64,000 nucleotides of DNA from Elusimicrobiota bacterium (GCA_044221725.1 JBGAON010000004.1:160001-224000), one strand, 5' to 3'. Numbered from the stretch's first letter, positions 26,924 to 36,921 are shown. Numbers and translations: made by a program. Notes: generated by a model not told the origin, from the sequence alone.

Positions 26924-27220
26924 CTACGACCGATGCCCCGCGCGCGTTTCTTGTTGAATTTCGAGCACGACGCGCAGATGCCCAATAGTAACCCTCCGTT
27001 TTTGCATGAGGTTCCAAACATGGTTGAGTCGATTCAAATCTTGTTTCGAATAAAGCCGATCGGCGCCACGCTTCCGAATGGGGCGCACGATTCCTTCGGT
27101 GTCCAGTTCTTTAACCACCCACAGCGGAATTTTAATCAGCCGACACACGACCCCGGTCGGGAACACCGGTTCATCCATTTCGATTTCTACATCATCCAAT
27201 GTCAGGCCTTTATTCCACAT
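26924..27220 (-). CDS. MerR-family, HspR-like transcriptional regulator
   Basis: PVFPTGVVCRLI...GIVRPIR...RLYSKQDL; directly upstream of hsp20. Confidence 0.75.
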   Translation of the reverse strand: MWNKGLTLDDVEIEMDEPVFPTGVVCRLIKIPLWVVKELDTEGIVRPIRKRGADRLYSKQDLNRLNHVWNLMQKRRVTIGHLRVVLEIQQETRAGHRS

Positions 27221-27242
27221 AGGTTTCTTTCCTTGTGGCCGC

Positions 27243-27271
27243 AGTATAACCGTAACAGGTCACGTTGTCAA
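27243..27271 (-). promoter_or_regulatory. Consensus sigma70 promoter TTGACA-N17-TATACT with palindrome in the spacer
   Basis: ttgaca acgtgacctgttacggt tatact; CGTGAC-ct-GTTACG. Confidence 0.8.
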
Positions 27272-27402
27272 CGATAAAAATACATAAATACTCCCATTAT
27301 AGGAGTAACGCCGCAGATCGACCGCTCGATTTATCGATGAATTTAACTTCGTCGTATTCGAAGCAGCGATCCATGAAGTATTGTTATTTCATGGCACGTT
27401 TC

Positions 27403-27780
27403 TTATTTCTTCTCGAAATCGGTGAGGTCAAAGATTTGGCGGATTTCGATGATATCGCCGGGTTCGGCCGGGCATTTTTGCGCCCACTTCACGAGCTCTT
27501 CTTTGGATTTTGCTTCGACCATCCAATAGCCGCCGAGCACTTCATTCGCTTCAATAAATGGACCATCGGTTACCGTCGGTTTCCCGGTTTTTTTATCGAA
27601 CGACACGCGCGCTCCAGCGCTGAGCGGCTTAAGGCCATTCAACGATTCAATTTTGACGGATTTGCCCATCTCTTCATTAAAGCGCCCCATTGGCTCGATA
27701 TCCTCTAATTTTGGCGCGAAATTAGGGTCCACTTTTTTTCCTTGGTAAACACTTGGAATCATCAACATCATGAATTTCAT
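27403..27780 (-). CDS. YciI family protein
   Basis: MKFMML, TVTDGPFIEANEVLGGYWMV, IEIRQI; CGAC-N16-CGTA promoter at 27837-27814. Confidence 0.88.
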   Translation of the reverse strand: MKFMMLMIPSVYQGKKVDPNFAPKLEDIEPMGRFNEEMGKSVKIESLNGLKPLSAGARVSFDKKTGKPTVTDGPFIEANEVLGGYWMVEAKSKEELVKWAQKCPAEPGDIIEIRQIFDLTDFEKK

Positions 27781-27965
27781 ATCTGTTCTCCTTTCATTTT
27801 ATTACCACTCTATTACGAACGCATCTTTCAATAGTCGTTTGGCGAGGCCTAATTTCGATAGACAAAAAATTATTTTTGAGTTCTCTTTGGCCAGCACGCG
27901 TGGAGATTCACGGCGGTAGATTTCATCGATGTTGGTTGGATCGGTGCGGGATGGTCTGTCGTTTG

Positions 27966-30900
27966 TTACCAAACGACGCCGATTTTTAGACGCTCACGAA
28001 CGCCAGACTTGGACTTCAAATCGCCGAAGTAAATACCGTTTGCCACACGCTCGCCATTGTCATTTCGCCCGTCCCACTTTGGTTCTTTAAGAGTTGCAAC
28101 TTTTACTCCGGTGCGGGTGTAGATGGCCGCGCTGTCGATATCGATGTTCTCAAAAAGAACGTACGGATCGTTTGGACCTTTTGGATTTGGAACCGCGCGC
28201 ACGTGCCCGTCCGTCCCTCCCGCCAAGTTCTGCGTGGTCACAACATGAGGATAAGACGGGGAAACGCTCGGAAGATAATTTGTATCTCCCGCGTAACTTG
28301 CATTTAAAGAATGAGCGCCTGGCGTAAGATCTTGCACCGTGATCGTAGCGGCGCCGTTCAAAATCGCACTTGTTCCCAACACACGGCTTCCATCTTTGAA
28401 CGTCACAAGCCCCGTGGCCGGTTGTGTTACAGCGGCGTTCAGCGTAACAACGGCCCTATATTGCGATGGGTTCGGATTGGATGTCAGTGTGATCAAGCTT
28501 GGTGACCGACCCACGGATCCGGTCAACACAATATTTTCCGGGCCGGTTGTTGTGTAGGGCCCCTGGCCGTAGACGTACACGCGAAACGTGATCGGAGATT
28601 TTGATGCTTGCAGTTCTTTTGCTGAGAGGAGGCTTGTTGTCGCCGTCAGGTTTGGCGACGGCGATGCCGCTGCAAAATCAAAAACAAGATCTGGAGCGGT
28701 CGTGTTAAACGGAGCTCCCTCCACACTATGCGCGACAACCGCGTATCCTTTTCCGTCCTGAGCATAAGCGCGCATGGTTAAACTTGAGATCGATACCGGA
28801 ACATTATTTTGCGGACCCACCGAAAATTCCACATACCGAGCGTTTGCGACGGCTCCAGCTAACGTTGCATCGTACAGGTTTCTATCGGGCGTTGAGGCGT
28901 ACCGTCCGACGCCGAGAACATCCGTTCCGGGTTGCAATCCCGAGCCGCGGCTCAATAAGCCGGGAGCGATCGTCGGCGAATAGACGGAGGGGGATACGTT
29001 TTCAATTCCTAAAGTCACGTATCCCGACAAATCCCACTGAACGAGAATCCCATCATCACCGGGATCGAGACAATTGACGGACCGTGTGTTCGATGGAAGA
29101 CTTTCTGCTTTGTCGTTATAGGCCGTGACGGTAAACATGTAAATTTTCCCGGACGACAGCCCGCTAACACTACGCGAGAGATTCGGGCCACAGTCGGTCA
29201 CCACAATTTTGTCGTCCACGACCATTCGAAGATGATATCCCGTTGCTCCACTGACGTTTGTCCACGAGAGGTTAAATGAAGATCCGGACTGCGTAATGTC
29301 GTTAAGATAAGGGGACGCGGGAGCGTCCGGCATCGAGGCGATCATCGAGACGATTTGAAAACCATTCGGTGAAAGTCCTCGGATGCGGACAGTGTGAAGA
29401 CCGGCGGTAAGCATTGTGGTGCCGGCCAGCGAATCGATTTCCGCAAGCGGAGACTTTGTGATGAGCAAGTGGCTACCGTCCACCGAGAGTTCCGCCGATC
29501 CTCCGGCGCCGCGCGTATTTAATGTGAGCGTGTAAGTACCCGTGCGCGGAACAATGATGTTCCAAGAAATCCATCCGCCGGGTTGAGAAATTCCTCCGGA
29601 TCCAGCGCCCGACGACGTTGTGGAGTTGCCAAACGAAAGCGCGGATGGAATCAAATGGCCGTTCGTGGGCGCCGGCGGTAAAGAGTCAAAGCTCTGGTCG
29701 ATGCCTTGTGTAATCGGATAGCGCGAAATGTCGAGGAGTCCCTGATTCGCCGTGAAGTCCGCCCAACTTGGCCACTGGGCGTAGGTTCCGAGCACGGTCA
29801 CTTCTCCGCCGGCGCGGGAGAACATATCAAGCGAACGCGATTGCGCGTCGGCGGCTCGTGCATCGTTGTATTTCACGGCCGTTTGCAATGGAGATCCGCC
29901 ATCGTCGCCCCCAAGAGACCAACCTCCTTCGTAGGTCAGTGTTTCAAGTCCATAGCTCTTTGCCCAGCTCACTTCCGTATTAATCATGTTCTGATAATTG
30001 AGGCCGGCCGGCTGGCCGGCGGCTTCGCCGCCGCCCGGAATTCCACCTGCGAAAATCGCGTCGGCACTGGTGATGCGCACTTCGCCGATGTAAACGGTTT
30101 GACCGGTGAGCGACGGATTTCCAAGGTTGCCTTGGCCTCGAATCGTAATTGTGTGCGTGGACCCAGGAGTTGCCTGGAATGTTTTCGTCGCGTAATAATC
30201 GGACCACGTCCAAGCGACAATCCGCGACCGCCAAGGAACGTTCGAATCGTAGGCCGGGGGCGTGTATCCATCCCCTTGGCTGTAACTGCGCGAGGTAATG
30301 TCCGTGTTGTCATCGAGATAAACGCGAACATTTTCCATCTGGCCCGCATGGTTTAGCGCTTTGAAGCTCACCGCATACACATTCGATGTTTGATTTGCAG
30401 GAATGGTAAAGCTGGCCTTAATCTCTCCGCGATCTTTTAGATACGCGTATTGCGGACCCCAAGTGATGCCGGCGTTCCACGGGGCATCTTTTCCGCCAAC
30501 GACCGCGTCATCGTCGTAAGGCGCCGGCATTCCTGCCGGCGGGTTGATCGGGTTGCTCAATCGAAAAATTCCGGCGGCGCTCGTCCCGTCGGTAGGGACT
30601 TTAAAACTCCAAACCGGATTTGAAGGCGACGCATTGAAGCCGGCGGAGACTGTTGTGGCATTGAACGTGGGATCCCGAAGGATAGTTGTGAGCCCGTTTC
30701 CGTTTGCGGCGCCGTAATACGTCGCGCCGCCTCCTCCCCAAAAAAAATGGTTGATGGGATATGGTGTCGATACGTGCTGTGTGCCATCCGCATTATTGAA
30801 ATAATGCTCCATGAAATCGAACGGTGGGATAATTGTGCCGGTGTTTGTGTATTGCCATTCAACCAGCGGTCGAACCGTTGACATCATTTTGTCGTCGCCA

Positions 30901-32846
30901 TACACCGCACGGAAAGTGTCTGAATGGTCTTTTGTGCGGAGCGCCACAAAACGGAGACGCCACGTGTTTATGCTGTCGTACGCACCGCGATCTTTCTTCC
31001 CGATGCCTCCGCCGCTAATCGAATAACTGTTCGCATCACCGCGAGGCAAGTCTTTGAAAACGTATGTTCCAGCGCCGTTCGCGGTTCCGGTCTTGTTGAT
31101 GGTTGCACCGTCGATTGATTTCCCCGAAAGCGTCAGAGTGCTTCCCGGGGTTGCTCCCTCGACGGAGACTTGAACCGTTAATGGTTGGTTGTCATAGTTA
31201 ATCGCCTGATAGGTGCTGTCCTTCGCATCAACATGTTCAGCCACGAGCGAATTGATACCTTGCCAATCGATCCAGAAAGGGTTGCCCCAGTTCCACAATT
31301 CATTTGCAATTTCGAAATACACACGCAAGTTCGAATTCAATGGGGGGAAAACCGGGTTCGTTTGTGGGCTTGTGTAGGGATTTACACCGTCCGAACCGTA
31401 ACGCAAAAGGTTTGCCAATTTTGAAGTGTAATCATTGGACGCGTCGGTCGGAATAGACAACATAATATCGCGTCCGGTTTCATTTGCGGCCATCACTTTA
31501 TATTCCCAGCTGGGCCCGTTCGGTTGCGCAATCGCTTGTGGATTGTTGGAGTCCCAGTTCCACGAAAGCGGTGTTCCGTCGCTGGTGGTAAGTCTACCGT
31601 TGCTCATTTTTCCAGAGCTCTGATTGAAAAATGTCGGCAGCGTGCGATCGGCCCATTCGTGTTCGAGATTCGCCACCAACTGGTAACGCAGAGTCGTGAA
31701 ATGACTCAACGCGTTTCGTTGATGCGACGTGAAGATCGTATCTTCGCCGTAAGTCGCCGTCGAATCGGGAGCGATGGGTCGCATTAATTTCAGATCCGTA
31801 AGGCCGCCCGGTCCCGTGGGTTGACCGTCTCGATGAGAATTCACGAATCGGATCGCACTCGCATTGACGTTCTTATCCACCGTTTGGAAAGAGCCGGTCG
31901 TGGTGTTGTTGCTCGAATTGTAAGAATACGCCAGCGACGCTCCGTTCAGATTTCCGGACAATGACACGTTCGCTTTTCCCTTGAATGAGAAACGAATCGT
32001 TCCGCGCATTAGCGGATCAAGTCCAAGTCCCTGGTTCAGGCTTTCTTGAAAAATGTACTCACAATCACTCTGAGGCCATCCGTCGGAATCCAGCGTTGGA
32101 CGCGCTCCTCCGTTGTACGGCTCCCATGTGTTTCTCGCACCTTGAATGATATTCGTGAAGGCGGACGTAAGATCTCCGGCCGCGTTAAATCCCACTTGCG
32201 CGAACGGATCAATCACTTGTTCCGGAAGCGACGGACTTTGCCAACGAAGAGAGACCGCTCCATAACCGGTTGCCTTTCGATATTCGAGCTTCACTTCGTA
32301 ACGGGTGCCGGCTGAGACATTAAAAGGACTTTCATCCATGGTGCCCGTATGGATGGTCCAATTGTCGATAAGCGTGGTCCATGCTCCGCCCATCGGTCGA
32401 ATGTAAAGTCGCACGCCGCCCGTGCTCCATACTTTGAAAGTGTAAGATTCAGAAAAGCACGGAATGACCTGTCCTGCCCACCGCACCGAAAAATTGTCCG
32501 CTTGAACATCGCGAAATCCGGCTCCAATAGATCCACCCGGTTTTTGGCCCGCGGCCCATTCGAAATCCACGCGCACATCTTTGCGTTGAAACGTGGGATT
32601 GCCACTTAAATCGGGCGTTGAAAAGTAATCGCCATTGAGACCCGCATTCGTAAGTCCGCCTCGCACGGTCGTGCTTTGTGTGGGCGCCCCAGCCGCTCCG
32701 ACGGTGCCGAGCGTGGGCTCTCCAAGAAACAGAGACCCATCCGGAGGGAGCGAAAAACCGGGATTACAAAGAAGCGCGCAGGCGAGACTGGCGGCGAGGA
32801 ATTTCTTCGAAAAGCCATTCTTTCGGGATGAGAAATCTGCCCGCAT
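27966..32846 (-). CDS. Large secreted PA14 + clan-GH-A-like catalytic domain + CBM/FN3/Ig-like (Big_3) protein with FlgD-like C-terminal tail
   Basis: PA14 (GLNGDYF, NFSVRWAG); VYFEIANELWNW and TYEGG; FN3 (FTVTAYN..ES.PSN); Big_3 (ASYAGDTNYLPSVS); AVPNP...WDGRNDNGERVANGIY. Confidence 0.75.
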   Translation of the reverse strand: MRADFSSRKNGFSKKFLAASLACALLCNPGFSLPPDGSLFLGEPTLGTVGAAGAPTQSTTVRGGLTNAGLNGDYFSTPDLSGNPTFQRKDVRVDFEWAAGQKPGGSIGAGFRDVQADNFSVRWAGQVIPCFSESYTFKVWSTGGVRLYIRPMGGAWTTLIDNWTIHTGTMDESPFNVSAGTRYEVKLEYRKATGYGAVSLRWQSPSLPEQVIDPFAQVGFNAAGDLTSAFTNIIQGARNTWEPYNGGARPTLDSDGWPQSDCEYIFQESLNQGLGLDPLMRGTIRFSFKGKANVSLSGNLNGASLAYSYNSSNNTTTGSFQTVDKNVNASAIRFVNSHRDGQPTGPGGLTDLKLMRPIAPDSTATYGEDTIFTSHQRNALSHFTTLRYQLVANLEHEWADRTLPTFFNQSSGKMSNGRLTTSDGTPLSWNWDSNNPQAIAQPNGPSWEYKVMAANETGRDIMLSIPTDASNDYTSKLANLLRYGSDGVNPYTSPQTNPVFPPLNSNLRVYFEIANELWNWGNPFWIDWQGINSLVAEHVDAKDSTYQAINYDNQPLTVQVSVEGATPGSTLTLSGKSIDGATINKTGTANGAGTYVFKDLPRGDANSYSISGGGIGKKDRGAYDSINTWRLRFVALRTKDHSDTFRAVYGDDKMMSTVRPLVEWQYTNTGTIIPPFDFMEHYFNNADGTQHVSTPYPINHFFWGGGGATYYGAANGNGLTTILRDPTFNATTVSAGFNASPSNPVWSFKVPTDGTSAAGIFRLSNPINPPAGMPAPYDDDAVVGGKDAPWNAGITWGPQYAYLKDRGEIKASFTIPANQTSNVYAVSFKALNHAGQMENVRVYLDDNTDITSRSYSQGDGYTPPAYDSNVPWRSRIVAWTWSDYYATKTFQATPGSTHTITIRGQGNLGNPSLTGQTVYIGEVRITSADAIFAGGIPGGGEAAGQPAGLNYQNMINTEVSWAKSYGLETLTYEGGWSLGGDDGGSPLQTAVKYNDARAADAQSRSLDMFSRAGGEVTVLGTYAQWPSWADFTANQGLLDISRYPITQGIDQSFDSLPPAPTNGHLIPSALSFGNSTTSSGAGSGGISQPGGWISWNIIVPRTGTYTLTLNTRGAGGSAELSVDGSHLLITKSPLAEIDSLAGTTMLTAGLHTVRIRGLSPNGFQIVSMIASMPDAPASPYLNDITQSGSSFNLSWTNVSGATGYHLRMVVDDKIVVTDCGPNLSRSVSGLSSGKIYMFTVTAYNDKAESLPSNTRSVNCLDPGDDGILVQWDLSGYVTLGIENVSPSVYSPTIAPGLLSRGSGLQPGTDVLGVGRYASTPDRNLYDATLAGAVANARYVEFSVGPQNNVPVSISSLTMRAYAQDGKGYAVVAHSVEGAPFNTTAPDLVFDFAAASPSPNLTATTSLLSAKELQASKSPITFRVYVYGQGPYTTTGPENIVLTGSVGRSPSLITLTSNPNPSQYRAVVTLNAAVTQPATGLVTFKDGSRVLGTSAILNGAATITVQDLTPGAHSLNASYAGDTNYLPSVSPSYPHVVTTQNLAGGTDGHVRAVPNPKGPNDPYVLFENIDIDSAAIYTRTGVKVATLKEPKWDGRNDNGERVANGIYFGDLKSKSGVRERLKIGVVW

Positions 32847-32997
32847 ATCGATCAGTATGAGGACACTTCATGGCACTCGCCAGGCCTTCTCGTCTGTCAG
32901 GGGGAAAAATTCGTATCCAATAATCAATGCGAACGAACGAGTGGCAAAAATCTTAGTAGCCTCGGTGCCAGATATTATTTTTCGGAGGGGGGATTTA

Positions 32998-33372
32998 ATG
33001 AAAATCGCAGCAATTGTTGTTCGGACATTGATGGGTCTCATGTTTTTGTTTGCGTCGATCACATTTCTATTTAAGTTGATCACGCCGCCGCCCATGACCG
33101 GCGCAATGAAGGTGTTTAACGATGGATTGGAGGCGTCTGTCTATATGATGCCGACCGTAAAAGTGATTGAGCTGCTCTGTGGTTTGGCCTTTGTCTCTGG
33201 AAAATTCGTGCGGCTCGCGGTCGCGGTTATTTTCCCCATTATTGTGAATATTTTGGGGGTCCACTTATTCCTCGCGCCGGAGGGACTTCCGGTCGCAATT
33301 CCAATTTTTATCGGGGATTTGTTTTTGGCCTATTGCTACCGCGACTCTTATCGAGCGATGTTTCAACCGTGA
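32998..33372 (+). CDS. DoxX family membrane protein
   Basis: RTLMGLMFLFAS, VKVIELLCG, FPIIVNI..HLFLAP; start reassigned (GGAGG SD). Confidence 0.8.
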   Translation: MKIAAIVVRTLMGLMFLFASITFLFKLITPPPMTGAMKVFNDGLEASVYMMPTVKVIELLCGLAFVSGKFVRLAVAVIFPIIVNILGVHLFLAPEGLPVAIPIFIGDLFLAYCYRDSYRAMFQP

Positions 33373-33391
33373 GTATTCGTAGTTCCGAAAG

Positions 33392-35362
33392 TTAAATAAC
33401 GCGGTCGTTGCCGCCGTCGATGGGAATTTGCGCGCCGGTGGTTCGTCGAAATACCGGGCCGAGTAGAGCACTGACGAGCGCAGCCACGTCCTGAGAGGTC
33501 ACTTCCGTACCGAGCACGTTGTTCCGTTTGTACGCATCCACGGTAAGCCCGTAACTTCGCGCACGCGTGTTCAGCACCTCTTTCGTCCAGATTCCGGTGT
33601 CATAGACGGCGTTCGGATGAACCACATTAATGCGAATTCCTTTGCGCCCCAGCTCCAGCGCCGCAACACGGCAGAGTTGTGTGAGTCCAGCCTTGGCGAC
33701 CGAATACGCAGAGGCTCCCGGGCCGGGTGCAGCGACATTTTTTGACCCGATCACCACCGCGGCCGGTTCGATTCCATGCTCGAGGTAAGGAAGCGCGTAG
33801 CGAAGAAGCGTTTGATGGCTTGTGAGGTTTACATCCAAACTTTTTTTCCACAGCGCAGCGTCGAGATCAGCAACGTTGCGACTGGGCGGAAATTGTCCTG
33901 CGTTGCTCACGATAAAGTCGAGGCCGCCAAATTGTTTCACAGTGGCTTCGACAGCGGCCTTGATCGCCGATTCATCCGTAACGTCGCACCGTAAGCCCAG
34001 CACGCCGGCGTCTTGGAACACGTCGGAAATATTTTTGTGAATATCAAGCGCGGCCACAACAGCGCCCCCATGCCGCAAGGTTTCAACGCACGCTTTGCCA
34101 ATGCCGCTCGCGGCGCCGGTAACGAGCGCAATTTTCCCTTGAAACGCGGGGGCGGTTTTCTGCGTTTTGAGCTTCGCTTGCTCAAGCTCCCAATATTCAA
34201 TATCGAAAAGATCCTTTTCGTTTAATGGTTTCCAGCCGCCCAGGGCTTCCGCTTGCAGCACCGCTTTCATGGTGTGCCGCGCAATATCGAAAACAATTCG
34301 TGTGTCATTAAGTGATCGGCCAAAATAAACCGCACCGCGTTTTTTCCAAACGGCCCAGCGCGGTGCCGGGTCGAGTGGCACCATGCCGCGACGTTTGTGT
34401 TTGGCGAAATAGGACCGATAGTCGGCCACGTAGTTTGAAACCTCGCGGTCCGTGTGTTCGCCGAGAACAAGCGCTGCGCGCCTTGTGCGAATCACATGAT
34501 CGGGTGTGATGGTGCCACGCGTTGCGAGCCGGTCAATATGGGGGTGGTTGCTAAACCCGACCGCTTCGTTGCGTTCGTCCAATTTTGCCAGGACGGGTTG
34601 ACCCCACGCTTTCGAAACGGCACGGCGAATTTTTGCGAGATCGATTAAATCCACGTTTTGTTTTGTGACAGGAAGTTTGCGAATACGCGCTTGCCGGTTG
34701 ATTGCGCGTTCCGCCATTGTGACGAGTCGAATCATTTTTTCGTAGCTGCGTTGTGCGCTGCGATCAAAGGTGAACACGCCGTGGTTCATGAGAACGATAC
34801 CTTGCAATTTGTGCCACTCAATGTTCCGCGTTTGTTCAAAAACGTTCTTGGCTAAGATAAAACCGGGTTTTACGTAGGGAATGACGAGTACGCTGTCACC
34901 ATAGAGACGGTGGATGTGCGCGTGACCTTGCGGTGTGTCTGTGAGCGTCACAACAGCATCGGCATGCGTGTGATCAACAAACGTGAACGGAATGAGCGCG
35001 TGCAGCAAAACCTCGATTGACGGATTGGGCGCGGATGGCGACGTGAGATTAAGCCTCAAATTTTTCACCATATCGCTGTCGGTGAGCGCGGGAAGCGTCA
35101 GCATTTTCATGAGGGGCTCCATCTTTAGCGCAGCGAAGCCGCCCGGTCCGATGGAGGCCAAATCACCGCCGCTTCCTTTAACATAGATCAGGTGTTCGTT
35201 CTCGCCGAACACGTTTCGCTCTTGCAATTTCACCGATGTGTTTCCGCCGCCATGCAAAACGAGGTCCTCTTCCTGTCCCAGTAGACGGGACGTGTAGATC
35301 CGCATCTCGAGCGAGTCGTTCTTTATTTTTTTGGCGGTCGCGGCGCTCCAGCGGTTTTTCAT
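33392..35362 (-). CDS. Bifunctional class II aldolase / short-chain dehydrogenase
   Basis: LVLHGGGNTSVK, PSIE, DHTHAD, NHG; GAASGIG, SNAG, YSVAK. Confidence 0.9.
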   Translation of the reverse strand: MKNRWSAATAKKIKNDSLEMRIYTSRLLGQEEDLVLHGGGNTSVKLQERNVFGENEHLIYVKGSGGDLASIGPGGFAALKMEPLMKMLTLPALTDSDMVKNLRLNLTSPSAPNPSIEVLLHALIPFTFVDHTHADAVVTLTDTPQGHAHIHRLYGDSVLVIPYVKPGFILAKNVFEQTRNIEWHKLQGIVLMNHGVFTFDRSAQRSYEKMIRLVTMAERAINRQARIRKLPVTKQNVDLIDLAKIRRAVSKAWGQPVLAKLDERNEAVGFSNHPHIDRLATRGTITPDHVIRTRRAALVLGEHTDREVSNYVADYRSYFAKHKRRGMVPLDPAPRWAVWKKRGAVYFGRSLNDTRIVFDIARHTMKAVLQAEALGGWKPLNEKDLFDIEYWELEQAKLKTQKTAPAFQGKIALVTGAASGIGKACVETLRHGGAVVAALDIHKNISDVFQDAGVLGLRCDVTDESAIKAAVEATVKQFGGLDFIVSNAGQFPPSRNVADLDAALWKKSLDVNLTSHQTLLRYALPYLEHGIEPAAVVIGSKNVAAPGPGASAYSVAKAGLTQLCRVAALELGRKGIRINVVHPNAVYDTGIWTKEVLNTRARSYGLTVDAYKRNNVLGTEVTSQDVAALVSALLGPVFRRTTGAQIPIDGGNDRVI

Positions 35363-36480
35363 CGTTTTGTTTTTTCTCCTCGTTCCGGATAAAGACGCAA
35401 GATGCTTTTTCTGTTGGCCGCGCAGACGCCTCTCTCCGTGATAAGACCGGTCACGAGCCGTGACGGCGTGGTGTCAAATCCATAGTTGGCGGCTGGACTT
35501 TCGTCCGGCGTGAGCGCTACTTCCACTACTTTATTTTTGTGACGACCTTCAATGAACCGGACCTCGCGCGGATTTCGTTCCTCAATCGGAATGTCGCTGA
35601 TGGTCCGGGTGGTCCAGTCGAACGTGGACGATGGGAAAGCGGCATAAAAGGGAATGTTGTTGTCGTGCGCGGCCACTGCTTTCAAGTATGTTCCTATTTT
35701 GTTGGTGACGTGCCCGTCCGCCGTCACGCGGTCACTGCCCACGATGACCACATCCACCATTCCGTGTTGCATCAGGTGTCCACCGGTGTTGTCAGCAATC
35801 ACTGTGTGCGGAACGCGTTCCTGGCTCAACTCCCAGGCGGTAAGTTTGCTGCCTTGGTTCCGCGGGCGTGTTTCATCCACCCATACATGAATATTCAATC
35901 CTTTCTTGTGTGCACGATAGATCGGCGACGTGGCCGTGCCATGGTCCACGAACGCAAGCCACCCCGCGTTGCAATGCGTCAGTATATTGAGCGGCTCGTT
36001 TTTCTTTTTTCGAGCGGCGAGACGTTCGAAAATCCGCAGGCCGTGACGACCAATCGCGTCGCACATCGCCATGTCTTCGTTGGCGATCCGCTCCGCTGTC
36101 GCCAGCGCCGCGCCCAGTTTCGCGTTGATCCCAATCGCCTCGCGAATGGCGGTCATTTGTTCGCCGATGGCCCATGCAAGATTGATGGCGGTGGGCCGGG
36201 TGCTCAAAAGCCGCCTTGCGCGTTTTTCGAGTTGCGTGTTGAAGCTACGAGTCTTCGCGGCTTCGCGCACAGCGAGAACCATTCCGTACGCGCCGGCCAC
36301 GCCGATGAGGCCGGCGCCTCGCACATGCATCTCCGCTATTGCGGTCGCCATTTGTTCGACGGTGCGGATATTTTCGATGACAAATTTAAACGGGAGGCTG
36401 CGTTGGTCGATTATGCGAACGACCGAAGGTGTTGTGCGTTCGGTCCAGATCGTGCGATAGTGTTTGTTTTTAACCTTCAC
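35359..36480 (-). CDS. mtnA: S-methyl-5-thioribose-1-phosphate isomerase
   Basis: DQRSLP, MHVRGAGLIG, TRPTAINL, LTHCNAGWLA, DETRPRNQG, NKIGTY; GTG start assumed. Confidence 0.93.
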   Translation of the reverse strand: MKVKNKHYRTIWTERTTPSVVRIIDQRSLPFKFVIENIRTVEQMATAIAEMHVRGAGLIGVAGAYGMVLAVREAAKTRSFNTQLEKRARRLLSTRPTAINLAWAIGEQMTAIREAIGINAKLGAALATAERIANEDMAMCDAIGRHGLRIFERLAARKKKNEPLNILTHCNAGWLAFVDHGTATSPIYRAHKKGLNIHVWVDETRPRNQGSKLTAWELSQERVPHTVIADNTGGHLMQHGMVDVVIVGSDRVTADGHVTNKIGTYLKAVAAHDNNIPFYAAFPSSTFDWTTRTISDIPIEERNPREVRFIEGRHKNKVVEVALTPDESPAANYGFDTTPSRLVTGLITERGVCAANRKSILRLYPERGEKTKR

Positions 36481-36655
36481 AAGCGGAACGTATTCTATCT
36501 GTGAAGATTCGAATCGGCGAGAGAAGATTAATCGGGAATTTGGGGTTCCATGCGTTGCGTCATACGCGATGAAGTCTTGCTGTCCCCGGCATGGCCCCAT
36601 CTCCTTAATTTTTGAAAACGCGATATCAAACGAGGAGATGGGGTCAAGGTGCGCC

Positions 36656-36832
36656 TCAATGCGTCAATCGTTTCCCAACGGCAATGCCAGCAATCAACGC
36701 AATAAGGAACAGTGAGATAAAGATGAAGAACAGAACCTTCGCAATGCCCGCCGCCGCTACCGAAACGCCAGTGAATCCAAATCCGGCAGCGATTAGCGAA
36801 ATTACGAGGAATATCAATGCCCAGCGTAACAT
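36656..36832 (-). CDS. DUF1328 (YtjA-like) small membrane protein, missed by the ORF track
   Basis: MLRWALIFLVISLIAAGFGFTGVSVAAAGIAKVLFFIF...; AAGGAGG SD; CAAC-N16-CGTA promoter at 36889-36866. Confidence 0.9.
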   Translation of the reverse strand: MLRWALIFLVISLIAAGFGFTGVSVAAAGIAKVLFFIFISLFLIALIAGIAVGKRLTH

Positions 36833-36921
36833 AGGTCAACCTCCTTATTATTGCTTGCCTATTTTTACGTTGAGCGAGGTTGAAAGTTGGCCAGAAAAAC
36901 TGACCGAACGCTGTTGATGGA

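Noticed and set aside
26862..27310. HAIR or CIRCE heat-shock operators
   Set aside because: Neither consensus inverted repeat is present.
36481..36650. SAM/SAH riboswitch upstream of mtnA
   Set aside because: I could not recognise SAM-I, SAM-II or SAH core motifs; only the anti-SD hairpin is evident.
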